A stretch of DNA of 64,000 nt from Blautia sp. Its GTDB lineage: Bacteria > Bacillota > Clostridia > Lachnospirales > Lachnospiraceae. Under the pieces are notes generated by a model, which was not told the DNA's origin, searched no databases, and saw only the letters and a list, made by a program, of their open reading frames with translations. Of this stretch, positions 25,512 to 33,094 are shown piece after piece. The stretch spans positions 14,972 through 78,971 of the forward strand of contig JAMPAC010000003.1 in assembly GCA_023667395.1 (NCBI GenBank), given 5' to 3'. Every line of letters starts with the position of its first letter. The stretch's first letter is position 1. The translations under genes and the position numbers were made by a program.

Positions 25512-25541
25512 AAAAAGTGCAGTTCATCCATGAAAAAGTGC
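25512..25541 (+). promoter_or_regulatory. Candidate LytTR operator: two identical 9-bp direct repeats separated by 12 bp
   Basis: aaaaagtgc at 25512-25520 and again at 25533-25541, 21 bp centre to centre. It lies in the 152-bp gap before the WXG gene array and downstream of the LytTR gene. Confidence 0.45.
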
Positions 25542-25608
25542 CGTCTGTCAGATCAGTGGACAAAAAGCGGGAAAATATGGTAAAGTATGGACAGTGAAAG
25601 GAGCCGAT

Positions 25609-25968
25609 ATGTTTCATACGAATGTCAGGGCGATGGATGGCGCCGCAGATGGATTGGAGCGACAACTGAGAAAGCTGAAGCAGGCAACAGAGGCTGTCCG
25701 GGATGTACGGAGCAGGCTGAACGGGTTGTCCGGCATGGACAATGTTCGCCGGAACCTGGACAGCGAGCTTTCCGGCATGGAGCAGGAGCAAAGGAATCTT
25801 CTCTCGCTGCTTGCAGCGCTCAGAATGGCAGCGCGCTGTTATGCGGATTGTGAACGGCGGATCATCGATTATGCGGAGTGCGGAAGACGTCAGGCGGCCG
25901 TGTCTGCGTGGTACATGGTAAACCTGAGCGGCGAAGTGAGGAATCTGGCGGAACAAATAATCTTTTAG
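25609..25968 (+). CDS. Small helical protein, first gene of the WXG array
   Basis: 119 aa from ATG 25609 (AAAGGAG SD 25597-25603). Predicted coiled/helical with no WXG motif. Confidence 0.6.
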   Translation: MFHTNVRAMDGAADGLERQLRKLKQATEAVRDVRSRLNGLSGMDNVRRNLDSELSGMEQEQRNLLSLLAALRMAARCYADCERRIIDYAECGRRQAAVSAWYMVNLSGEVRNLAEQIIF

Positions 25969-25977
25969 CGGAAAGGT

Positions 25978-26292
25978 ATGGTTATTGGTATGGCGGATAA
26001 TATTGAGACAAATACAGGCATGATGGAGCGGGACGTAGACAGCCTGAAAGAGGCGTTGAACCGTGTGCGTCAGGATATGAAGGGGATGTTTGACGCAGTC
26101 ATGGAACTGAACGGCATGTGGAGCGGGCAGGCGAACGAAGCTTTCAACCGCCAGTTTCAGCTGGACAGTGAACTGTTTGCGTCCTTATGTGAAGAGGCGG
26201 AGGGCATTATTGAAAGCATGGATAACGCAAAGGATGCCTATAACAGGTGCGAGGCTGAGGTTAGCCAGGAGATCGGGCGGATCCGGCTTTAA
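25978..26292 (+). CDS. WXG100-family protein (WSG)
   Basis: About 100 aa. Central motif MWSGQANEAF in a helix-turn-helix hairpin. An alternative start is ATG 25990. Confidence 0.75.
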   Translation: MVIGMADNIETNTGMMERDVDSLKEALNRVRQDMKGMFDAVMELNGMWSGQANEAFNRQFQLDSELFASLCEEAEGIIESMDNAKDAYNRCEAEVSQEIGRIRL

Positions 26293-26335
26293 CAGGAAGG
26301 CCCTGGAGATGATTTGGATAGCAGGAGGTGTAAAG

Positions 26336-26689
26336 ATGGCAGAGTGGAACACGGATACCATGACGGGCTTTGGCGGTTCGGTCAGCTTTCACGTGGAGCC
26401 GGAAATGCTGAAAAGCAAGAGCGCGGAGGTGTCCCGCATTGTGAGCCGGATGCGGGAACATTTTGGGGAATTGAAGAATTTGATGGAGAAGACCGCCGGT
26501 TACTGGATCGGTGAAGCGGGTGATAAGCACCGGCAGATGTATAAGGATATTGAGGACAATGTGGAAGAGATGCTGAAGCGGCTGGGAGAATATCCGGTGG
26601 ATCTTCTGGCGATCGCTAAAAATTATACGGATGTGGAACTATCCATAGAAGAGGATATTGAGACATTGCCGGACGATATCATTGTGTAA
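26336..26689 (+). CDS. WXG100-family protein (WIG) with a C-terminal DDIIV tail
   Basis: 117 aa from ATG 26336 (AGGAGG SD). Motif YWIGEAGDKH. Ends ...EEDIETLPDDIIV. Confidence 0.75.
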   Translation: MAEWNTDTMTGFGGSVSFHVEPEMLKSKSAEVSRIVSRMREHFGELKNLMEKTAGYWIGEAGDKHRQMYKDIEDNVEEMLKRLGEYPVDLLAIAKNYTDVELSIEEDIETLPDDIIV

Positions 26690-26699
26690 GGAGGAAGCC

Positions 26700-27095
26700 A
26701 TGGCGACAAGATTTTCCATACAGATGGATTTTGACAAAGCAAAGAGGCAGGCGGATGAACTGGATGATATTGCCAACGGCTTAGACCGGGAGGCCAACCG
26801 GAGCCTGACGGATACCCTGAATGCGCTGGGGAATGACTGGCGGGGAGAAAATGCGGATCAGTATATCAGGAAAGGCTTTACCCTGAAAGAGGAGATAAAC
26901 GGGACGGCAAAGTCGCTGCACCAGGCTGCTTCCACCATCCGCACGATAGCGAAGCGGATATACGATGTGGAGATGGAAAACCTCAGGATCGCAGAGGAAC
27001 GTCAGCGTGCAGAGGAACAGCGTGCAGCAGAAGAGGCCCGTGCCAGAGCCTATTCCGGCGGCGGTGGAGGCGGCGGGGGCGGAAGAGGCTGGTGA
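26700..27095 (+). CDS. WXG100-like protein (WRG) with a charged helix and poly-Gly tail
   Basis: 131 aa from ATG 26700 (AGGAGGA SD). Motif DWRGENADQY. C-terminus is ...EERQRAEEQRAAEEARARAYSGGGGGGGGGRGW. Confidence 0.7.
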   Translation: MATRFSIQMDFDKAKRQADELDDIANGLDREANRSLTDTLNALGNDWRGENADQYIRKGFTLKEEINGTAKSLHQAASTIRTIAKRIYDVEMENLRIAEERQRAEEQRAAEEARARAYSGGGGGGGGGRGW

Positions 27096-27117
27096 CAGGA
27101 CGCCCGTATCTCATTAT

Positions 27118-27147
27118 TTAAGTGTATTATGAAAAATCACATATAAT
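27118..27147 (+). promoter_or_regulatory. Candidate sigma-A promoter for esxA
   Basis: TTAAGT (27118-27123), an 18-nt spacer, then TATAAT (27142-27147), followed by AGGAGG and ATG 27174. Confidence 0.5.
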
Positions 27148-27173
27148 ACAATTCATTTTAAGGAGGAAATATC

Positions 27174-27473
27174 ATGGCAGACATTAAAGTAACAAGTTCG
27201 GAGCTGCGTGCTGCAGCATCCAATCTTCAGGAGTACAATTCCAATTTCAAATCCCAGGTGGAGGCGCTGGTAAATTCGGAGGCTGTCCTCGGCGGGCAGT
27301 GGCAGGGTGATGCGAACACCGCATTCCACAAGGCTTTCATGAATGACAAGGCATTCATGGATAAGTTTGCCGCAGAGATCGAGAAGTATTGTGCGGCATT
27401 GGAGACCGCCGCTGCCAAGTATGATGCAAGAGAGGCGGCAAACGTGGAGATTGCAACCCAGAGAAAGTATTGA
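27174..27473 (+). CDS. esxA: EsxA-like WXG100 protein
   Basis: 99 aa. MADIKVTSSELRAAASNL...GQWQGDANTAFHKAF is the canonical Firmicute EsxA pattern. It has its own promoter and a strong SD. Confidence 0.85.
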   Translation: MADIKVTSSELRAAASNLQEYNSNFKSQVEALVNSEAVLGGQWQGDANTAFHKAFMNDKAFMDKFAAEIEKYCAALETAAAKYDAREAANVEIATQRKY

Positions 27474-27516
27474 TGATCGAAAAATCATGAAAAATAGGTA
27501 AAGGAGACATAAGGAT

Positions 27517-27831
27517 ATGGAAGGAACATTGAATGTGAGCAGCGAGAAGCTGGTCAGCACAGCGAACGAGTTTAACGGTATCATGAATCAGGTAAAGTCC
27601 ATCACCGGCTATATGTGTGATGTGGTAAACGGCCTCAGCGGCAAATGGGAGGGGGACGCATCCGCCAAATATTCCCAGAAGTTCAACATGCTGCAGGATG
27701 ATATCCAGAAGATGGCGAACATGATCAATGAGCATGTTACGGACCTGAATGAGATGGCGGCGAATTACGAGGCAGGCGAGCAGGAGATCATCAACGAAGA
27801 GGAGAGCCTGGCGGGCGACATTATCGTTTAG
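27517..27831 (+). CDS. WXG100-family protein (WEG) with a C-terminal GDIIV tail
   Basis: 104 aa. Motif GKWEGDASAKY. Ends ...NEEESLAGDIIV. Confidence 0.75.
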   Translation: MEGTLNVSSEKLVSTANEFNGIMNQVKSITGYMCDVVNGLSGKWEGDASAKYSQKFNMLQDDIQKMANMINEHVTDLNEMAANYEAGEQEIINEEESLAGDIIV

Positions 27832-27980
27832 GAATCGTTTTCCGGCATGCGCCCGGCGCTTATTTGCGCTGATACGAAAGAAATTGCTGCAATGACGCGC
27901 CGGGGCGCTGCTGGATACCCTGAAAGGGCGCCGCGAAAGCGCCCGGTGAAGAATGCGGGAGCGGACAGAGGGAGTGGGAT

Positions 27981-29294
27981 ATGTCTGAATTTAAAGTAAA
28001 GATTTCCGGAATGGATCAAAGAGCAGCGGAAGAACAGCGGATAGCGGGAACACTGAATTCTCTGGAATCCCAGATCCGCTCTGTAAAACGCGCGCTGTCC
28101 GGCAGCGTGGGCAACCGTGAAAGCCTGGGACACAGCCTGGGACTACTGGCGGATAGAGTGAACCGTCATGAGCAGGATCTGAAAACCATGCGCTCCGTGC
28201 TGGTCAATGTGAAAAATAATTATGAAAAGACGGAACGCCGCATCTGCGGTTACGCCAATGACCATCCGATTACGATCGACGATATATGGAACGCAGTCAC
28301 TACCGTAGGCAAAGGCCTGGCCATCAACGCGATGTTCCCGGGCGGCGGACTGGCGTGGCTGACGGGTACGATCCTGAAAGACGAGGAGTGGTCGGGAAAA
28401 AGTGAATGGTTGAAAATGGATTATAAGGATCGTGAACTGAAAAAGATTCTGGAAAAAAAGAAAAAGTCTTTGTCGGACGAAAAGTGGGAATATGACAAAG
28501 ACAAAGGTGAATGGGTAAAGAAAGAAGAGAAAAAGGACGAAAAGAAAAAGACCAAGGAAGAAGAAAAGAAACTGAATCGAAAAGCTTTGATGGAGAGCAT
28601 TAACATCTGGTCGGGAAGCCTGTCCAAGGAGGGAAGTCTCCTGCATCTGGGGAAAGACGGCGATGTGGAGACCGAATGGGGAAATTACACATACTCTGCA
28701 GATATCATGAAAGCGGAAGCAACGGCCTCCGGCCATGCAGACCTGGGAGGGTTTGGCGGCGAGGTGGGAGTTGCCCTGACTGCATTCACGGCGGGGGCAG
28801 GGGTTCAGCTGGGAAGCGACATGCTTGGCGCCCATGCGGAAGGCCAGGTGGATGTCCTCAAGGCAGAGGCTTCGGTTGGCGGAGAGTTTGGCGTTTGGGA
28901 TGAAAACGGGGATTTCAATCCCCAGGTGGGAGTTTCGGCGAAAATGGAGGCAATCGCGGCGGAGGTTTCCGGAAAGGTCGGGGTCGATATCGCGGGAACG
29001 GAAATCAATGCGAAAGGATCCCTGAATTTCGGAATCGGAGCCCATGCGGATATCGGTTTTAACGATGGCAAATTTAAATTTGACGTGGGAGCCAGCCTGG
29101 GTGTAGGCGGCAGCGTGTCCCTGGAAGTGGATGTGTCGGGAACCGTGGATAAAGTGGTAGAGCATGCCCAGGATATCGGAAATGCGGTAGTGGATGCATA
29201 TGACACCACCATGGGTTATCTGTCCGATGCAGCCAACGCGGTGGGCGAGGGATTCAAATCGGGCCTTTCCGCTTTTACGGGATTGTTTAAATAG
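27981..29294 (+). CDS. Candidate T7SS effector with helical N-terminus, Lys/Glu-rich linker and Gly-rich beta-repeat C-terminus
   Basis: 437 aa. The first ~100 aa are helical. KKILEKKKKSL...KKEEKKDEKKKTKEEEKK linker. The C-terminal ~200 aa carries alternating G/A/V repeats (GAHAEGQVDVLKAEASVGGEFGV..., GVDIAGTEINAKGSLNFGIGAHADIGF...). Confidence 0.55.
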   Translation: MSEFKVKISGMDQRAAEEQRIAGTLNSLESQIRSVKRALSGSVGNRESLGHSLGLLADRVNRHEQDLKTMRSVLVNVKNNYEKTERRICGYANDHPITIDDIWNAVTTVGKGLAINAMFPGGGLAWLTGTILKDEEWSGKSEWLKMDYKDRELKKILEKKKKSLSDEKWEYDKDKGEWVKKEEKKDEKKKTKEEEKKLNRKALMESINIWSGSLSKEGSLLHLGKDGDVETEWGNYTYSADIMKAEATASGHADLGGFGGEVGVALTAFTAGAGVQLGSDMLGAHAEGQVDVLKAEASVGGEFGVWDENGDFNPQVGVSAKMEAIAAEVSGKVGVDIAGTEINAKGSLNFGIGAHADIGFNDGKFKFDVGASLGVGGSVSLEVDVSGTVDKVVEHAQDIGNAVVDAYDTTMGYLSDAANAVGEGFKSGLSAFTGLFK

Positions 29295-29365
29295 TGTCTG
29301 CCTGTGGACATATGGCTCCAGGTGTGTTTAGATAGAATGGGAAACAGCAGAAACGGAGGTTTGTT

Positions 29366-29692
29366 ATGAGAAGAGAATTATTGCCGATCGGTTCGGTGGT
29401 CAGGCTGAAAGACGTGGACAGATCCATGATGATATGCGGCTTTGCTCCCACCGGACCGGCGAAACCGGGTTATGTATATGATTATTCAGGGTTCCTCTAT
29501 CCGGAAGGATATGGGGAGACCCTGGAAGTGTATCAGTTCGATAACGAGCAGATAGAGCTGGTACAGGCGATCGGCTATCAGGACAGGGAGACTTTCCGCT
29601 ATATGGAAGCGCTGCAGGAAACGATCATGGATGTGAAAGAAAAAACGGCGGCTCAATTTGCGGAAAACAATGGCGCCGGGTCGAAAGAATAG
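29366..29692 (+). CDS. DUF4176-family protein
   Basis: 108 aa. LPIGSVVRLKDVDRSMMICGF...YDYSGFLYPEG matches the DUF4176 signature that is common in T7SSb loci. Confidence 0.7.
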   Translation: MRRELLPIGSVVRLKDVDRSMMICGFAPTGPAKPGYVYDYSGFLYPEGYGETLEVYQFDNEQIELVQAIGYQDRETFRYMEALQETIMDVKEKTAAQFAENNGAGSKE

Positions 29693-29706
29693 AGGAGGGA
29701 TCTGTT

Positions 29707-29985
29707 ATGTTTGAGAGGACATTGCCCATAGGTTCGGTTGTCTTGTTAAAGGGCGCAAATAAGCGTCTGATGATCATAGGCTATTGCAAATACAAGGCCG
29801 GTGATGATGAGACGGTTTATGATTATGCCGGATGCGTTTATCCGGAGGGATTCATGAGTCCGGAAACGACGGCGCTGTTCAACCATGAACAGATTGATAA
29901 AATATTTGCGCTGGGGTATCAGAACCAGCAGCGGTTTGAGTTTGAGCCGAAACTCCGGGAAGCGATCGAACGCGTGAAAGGGTAA
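29707..29985 (+). CDS. DUF4176-family protein (paralogue)
   Basis: 92 aa. LPIGSVVLLKGANKRLMIIGY...YDYAGCVYPEG. Confidence 0.7.
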   Translation: MFERTLPIGSVVLLKGANKRLMIIGYCKYKAGDDETVYDYAGCVYPEGFMSPETTALFNHEQIDKIFALGYQNQQRFEFEPKLREAIERVKG

Positions 29986-29989
29986 GGAT

Positions 29990-31621
29990 ATGACAAAATA
30001 CATAAGAAAAATAATGACCGGCGTTGCCGGTCTGTTATTGTTGTGTTCGATGGCAGTGCAGGCGGCTGAAGGTCCTGTGGCGGTGGAACATTATACGGCC
30101 GGGGATGAGGCCGTACTGTATATCAGGGGGGTAGAGGGGGAAGCCGGGGCCGGTTCCTACCAGATCGGAACCACACCCTGCGAGATCACCAGCCTGACGC
30201 CCGTGAAAGAGACGGAGGAGGGGATTAAGACCCTGATCCTCTGGGACAATTCGCTGTCCGTGATGAACAGGTGCGGCGACAGGGTGAAAGCGATCCTGAC
30301 GGATGTGGTCGCAAACCGCGCCGCAGGGGAAGAGTTCTCCATTGCGACCATTGACAGGGAGATCACCTGCCTGTCCGATTATACGGATGATTATGCCGCG
30401 TTAAAGCAGGTCATCGAGAATGTCTCCGGTGAAAATAAGGATGCATATATTATTGAAAATCTATACCAGGCGATTGAAAGCCTGAATGCCATGGAGGATG
30501 TGAGTTATAAGCGGATCATTGTGATCTCCGACGGAATGGATGCCACAGAGATCGGTTATTCCAAAAGCGAACTGGATACGCTGATCTCCCAGACGCCTTA
30601 TCCGGTCTACACGATCGGTATCCTGGATGGGAAGCATCAGGAAGAACTGCAGAACATGTTTGCGATCTCCCGGACCACGGGCGTGGAATACTTTTATTTG
30701 AATGAGATCGAGGATGATATGACGGTGGTGCAGACCCTGAGCAGGGATTATTCCGTATGGCAGGTCAAGGCTGCCATACCTGCTGAAATACAGGATGGCA
30801 GCGTGCAGAATTCCCAGCTGGTCTTAAGCGTGGGGGGAAGCGACGTCACTGTCCAGAGCCAGGTGACGCTGCCTTTTGCCACAAAGACGGAGACGGAAGA
30901 AGTTCCCGAACCGACGGAGGAGCCCTCTGCGGAGGAACCCTCCCCAGAGCCGGATCTTCCGGTTGAGGAGCCGGAACCGGAGGAAGAAAACGCCGGGGTG
31001 GACAGGATGGTATTATGGCTGGCCGCGGGTGGCGCTGCGGTTCTCCTGGTGATCCTGCTGATCATTGTGATGGTGACACGAAGAAAGAAACAGAAGCCGC
31101 CTGCAGGAAATGACTATGCGAAGCTGGATTCCTCCATCAGGAATGAAAGGCGTGGCAGTGGCGCGTCTGTGCCCTCAGGAACCGGGGAGGGACCTGACAG
31201 GAATGGGGCGGTGATCGGCGCGGGGGCATTGACAGGGCAGCCGCCTGCGGCGGTTCCCACAGGACAGCATAAGACGCATATGTTGTTTGGGAATCAGGCT
31301 CCGGCAGGATCCGTTCCGGGAATGCACAGGATCCTGCTGGTAAATATAAGGGATGCCGTCCAGACGTATCAGTGCAGCATTGCGGATAAGGTGATCGTGG
31401 GCAGGAATTCCTTTTTCAGTAACTTGGTGCTGGAAGATGATGCCGTTTCCGAGAAACACTGTGAAATAGAACTGCTCAACGGTAAGGTCTATATAAAGGA
31501 TCTGGGATCTTCCAATGGCACATATGTGGATGGCATCCAGATCAGCGCCAACAATGTGGAAGTGCAGTCAGGCGCCATATTACGGCTGGGGAGGCATGAG
31601 TACAGGCTGACCATAGAGTAA
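29990..31621 (+). CDS. Signal peptide, extracellular vWA-like domain, TM helix and cytoplasmic FHA domain protein
   Basis: 543 aa. Signal-like N-terminus, vWA-like block (TLILWDNSLS...IIVISDG), acidic Pro/Glu linker, TM helix (MVLWLAAGGAAVLLVILLIIVMV), FHA (VIVGRN...VSEKHCEIELLNGKVYIKDLGSSNGTYVDG). Confidence 0.75.
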   Translation: MTKYIRKIMTGVAGLLLLCSMAVQAAEGPVAVEHYTAGDEAVLYIRGVEGEAGAGSYQIGTTPCEITSLTPVKETEEGIKTLILWDNSLSVMNRCGDRVKAILTDVVANRAAGEEFSIATIDREITCLSDYTDDYAALKQVIENVSGENKDAYIIENLYQAIESLNAMEDVSYKRIIVISDGMDATEIGYSKSELDTLISQTPYPVYTIGILDGKHQEELQNMFAISRTTGVEYFYLNEIEDDMTVVQTLSRDYSVWQVKAAIPAEIQDGSVQNSQLVLSVGGSDVTVQSQVTLPFATKTETEEVPEPTEEPSAEEPSPEPDLPVEEPEPEEENAGVDRMVLWLAAGGAAVLLVILLIIVMVTRRKKQKPPAGNDYAKLDSSIRNERRGSGASVPSGTGEGPDRNGAVIGAGALTGQPPAAVPTGQHKTHMLFGNQAPAGSVPGMHRILLVNIRDAVQTYQCSIADKVIVGRNSFFSNLVLEDDAVSEKHCEIELLNGKVYIKDLGSSNGTYVDGIQISANNVEVQSGAILRLGRHEYRLTIE

Positions 31622-31654
31622 ACGGGGCATTATGGGAAAAGGTCAGGAAGAAGG

Positions 31655-32404
31655 ATGGCTGGTAAAAGGGAAATTCTGTATTGTGCGAAAACGGACAGGG
31701 GACTGTGCCGTAATGTGAATCAGGACGCAGCGGCTGCGTTTGTACAGGGGGATCTGGGGCTCTTTGTGTTGTCTGACGGTATGGGAGGGCATAGCAGGGG
31801 AGAACTGGCAAGCGCGTGGATCGTCAAAGGATTTGAAGCGTATTGGAATAACCTGCTTATGGCGCCGTTGCCGGACTTTCAGGACTTGGTGACGCAGATC
31901 CGGCAGCAGATATGCCTGTTAAACGGTCAGATCCTGGAGTATTATAACCAGGGACAGGTATGCGGCGCCACGGCAGTGGTATTGCTGATATCGGGCGGCT
32001 GTTATGCGGTATTCTCCGTGGGCGACAGTCGGATATATACCTGCGCAGGCGGCAGGTGCAGTATCCTGACGGTGGATGATATCTGGGACACACTGCCCTC
32101 CACCATAAGCGCTTTTACTCCGGAACAGATACTTCTCCACGAGAATCACGGGAAGCTTGTGCAGGCGGTGGGGACGCAGCCCCAGGTCAATATCCATGTG
32201 AGAACGGATAAACAGAAGCGGGGGCAGGTCTTCCTGCTGTGCAGCGACGGGCTTTTCAAATTCTGCGATGAGGGATGGCTCAGAAAGAAACTGCGGGGCG
32301 TGAAAAGCGAGGCTTCCCTGCAGCAGGCGATGGAGACCTGTTTCCAGGAAGTATACCGCCATGGGGCGGGAGACAATGTGACCGCCATCCTGGTGAGGAC
32401 GTGA
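31655..32404 (+). CDS. PP2C-family Ser/Thr phosphatase
   Basis: 249 aa. RNVNQDA, SDGMGGH, LLCSDGL and GAGDNVTAILV motifs. Confidence 0.85.
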   Translation: MAGKREILYCAKTDRGLCRNVNQDAAAAFVQGDLGLFVLSDGMGGHSRGELASAWIVKGFEAYWNNLLMAPLPDFQDLVTQIRQQICLLNGQILEYYNQGQVCGATAVVLLISGGCYAVFSVGDSRIYTCAGGRCSILTVDDIWDTLPSTISAFTPEQILLHENHGKLVQAVGTQPQVNIHVRTDKQKRGQVFLLCSDGLFKFCDEGWLRKKLRGVKSEASLQQAMETCFQEVYRHGAGDNVTAILVRT

Positions 32405-32446
32405 CAGGGAACTGTTGCGAACTGCAGGCTGACCTGAAAAAAGTGC

Positions 32447-32476
32447 TTGCTAAAATACAGTGTCCTGTGTTATAAT
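32447..32476 (+). promoter_or_regulatory. Candidate promoter for tRNA-Trp
   Basis: TTGCTA (32447-32452), an 18-nt spacer, then TATAAT (32471-32476). Confidence 0.5.
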
Positions 32477-32503
32477 AGCTTTCGTCAGTGATGACGAAGC
32501 CAT

Positions 32504-32574
32504 AGGGGAATAGTACAATGGTAGTGCGGCGGTCTCCAAAACCGTTGATGGGAGTTCGATCCTCTCTTCCCCTG
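32504..32574 (+). tRNA. trnW: tRNA-Trp (anticodon CCA)
   Basis: Hand-folded cloverleaf. Acceptor stem aggggaa/ttcccct, D stem gtac/gtgc, anticodon stem gcggt/accgt with loop ctCCAaa, T arm gggag-ttcgatc-ctctc. No encoded CCA. Confidence 0.85.
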
Positions 32575-32578
32575 CTGT

Positions 32579-32610
32579 AAGCCTGAGAGCGTGTGCTTTC
32601 AGGCTTTTGT
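32579..32610 (+). terminator. Rho-independent terminator after tRNA-Trp
   Basis: A stem of about 12 bp (aagcctgagagc / gctttcaggctt) with a 4-nt loop, followed by a T run. Confidence 0.6.
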
Positions 32611-32626
32611 CATAGGAGGAAATCAT

Positions 32627-33019
32627 ATGGAAGAAAACACTCAATTGGAACAGGCGCTCGCCACCCTGCATCAGTTTGTGCTGGATCTGACGGAGCAGGC
32701 GGGAGAGAAGCCGGAATACGGGGAGAAATTATGGCAGGGGATCAGGGCCTCGCAGGGTCTGCTGCAGGAACTTGCCTATTACCATGATTACCGGAAATTC
32801 CTCTGCCAATACCGCGTGGCGGGCTATACGCTGGCGGATGTGCTGGTATGGCAGGTGGATCATTTCAAACTTTACATGGATCGTCCTGATGAGATGAACC
32901 GCTACAGGCAGCAGAGGTTACTTCTTGAATCCTTTGAGGCAATGGTGGAAATGGAACGGGATCCGACGCCTTTTGTGGAAAAAATGCGGGGGGAGACGGG
33001 GACGGACATCATAGCGTGA
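32627..33019 (+). CDS. Hypothetical protein
   Basis: 130 aa from ATG 32627 (AGGAGGA SD). No motif recognised. Confidence 0.55.
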   Translation: MEENTQLEQALATLHQFVLDLTEQAGEKPEYGEKLWQGIRASQGLLQELAYYHDYRKFLCQYRVAGYTLADVLVWQVDHFKLYMDRPDEMNRYRQQRLLLESFEAMVEMERDPTPFVEKMRGETGTDIIA

Positions 33020-33094
33020 TTTGCACAAAGAGAAAGCACAATACCGAGGGGGTATCGTGCTTTCTTTGGGTGCGCCCGGCGGCGCACGCCTGTA

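Noticed and set aside
27847-27996. 49-aa ORF in the gap between the last WXG gene and the effector gene
   Set aside because: It has no SD, is Arg/Ala-rich, and overlaps the effector start. The region is better described as GC-rich hairpins of unknown role.
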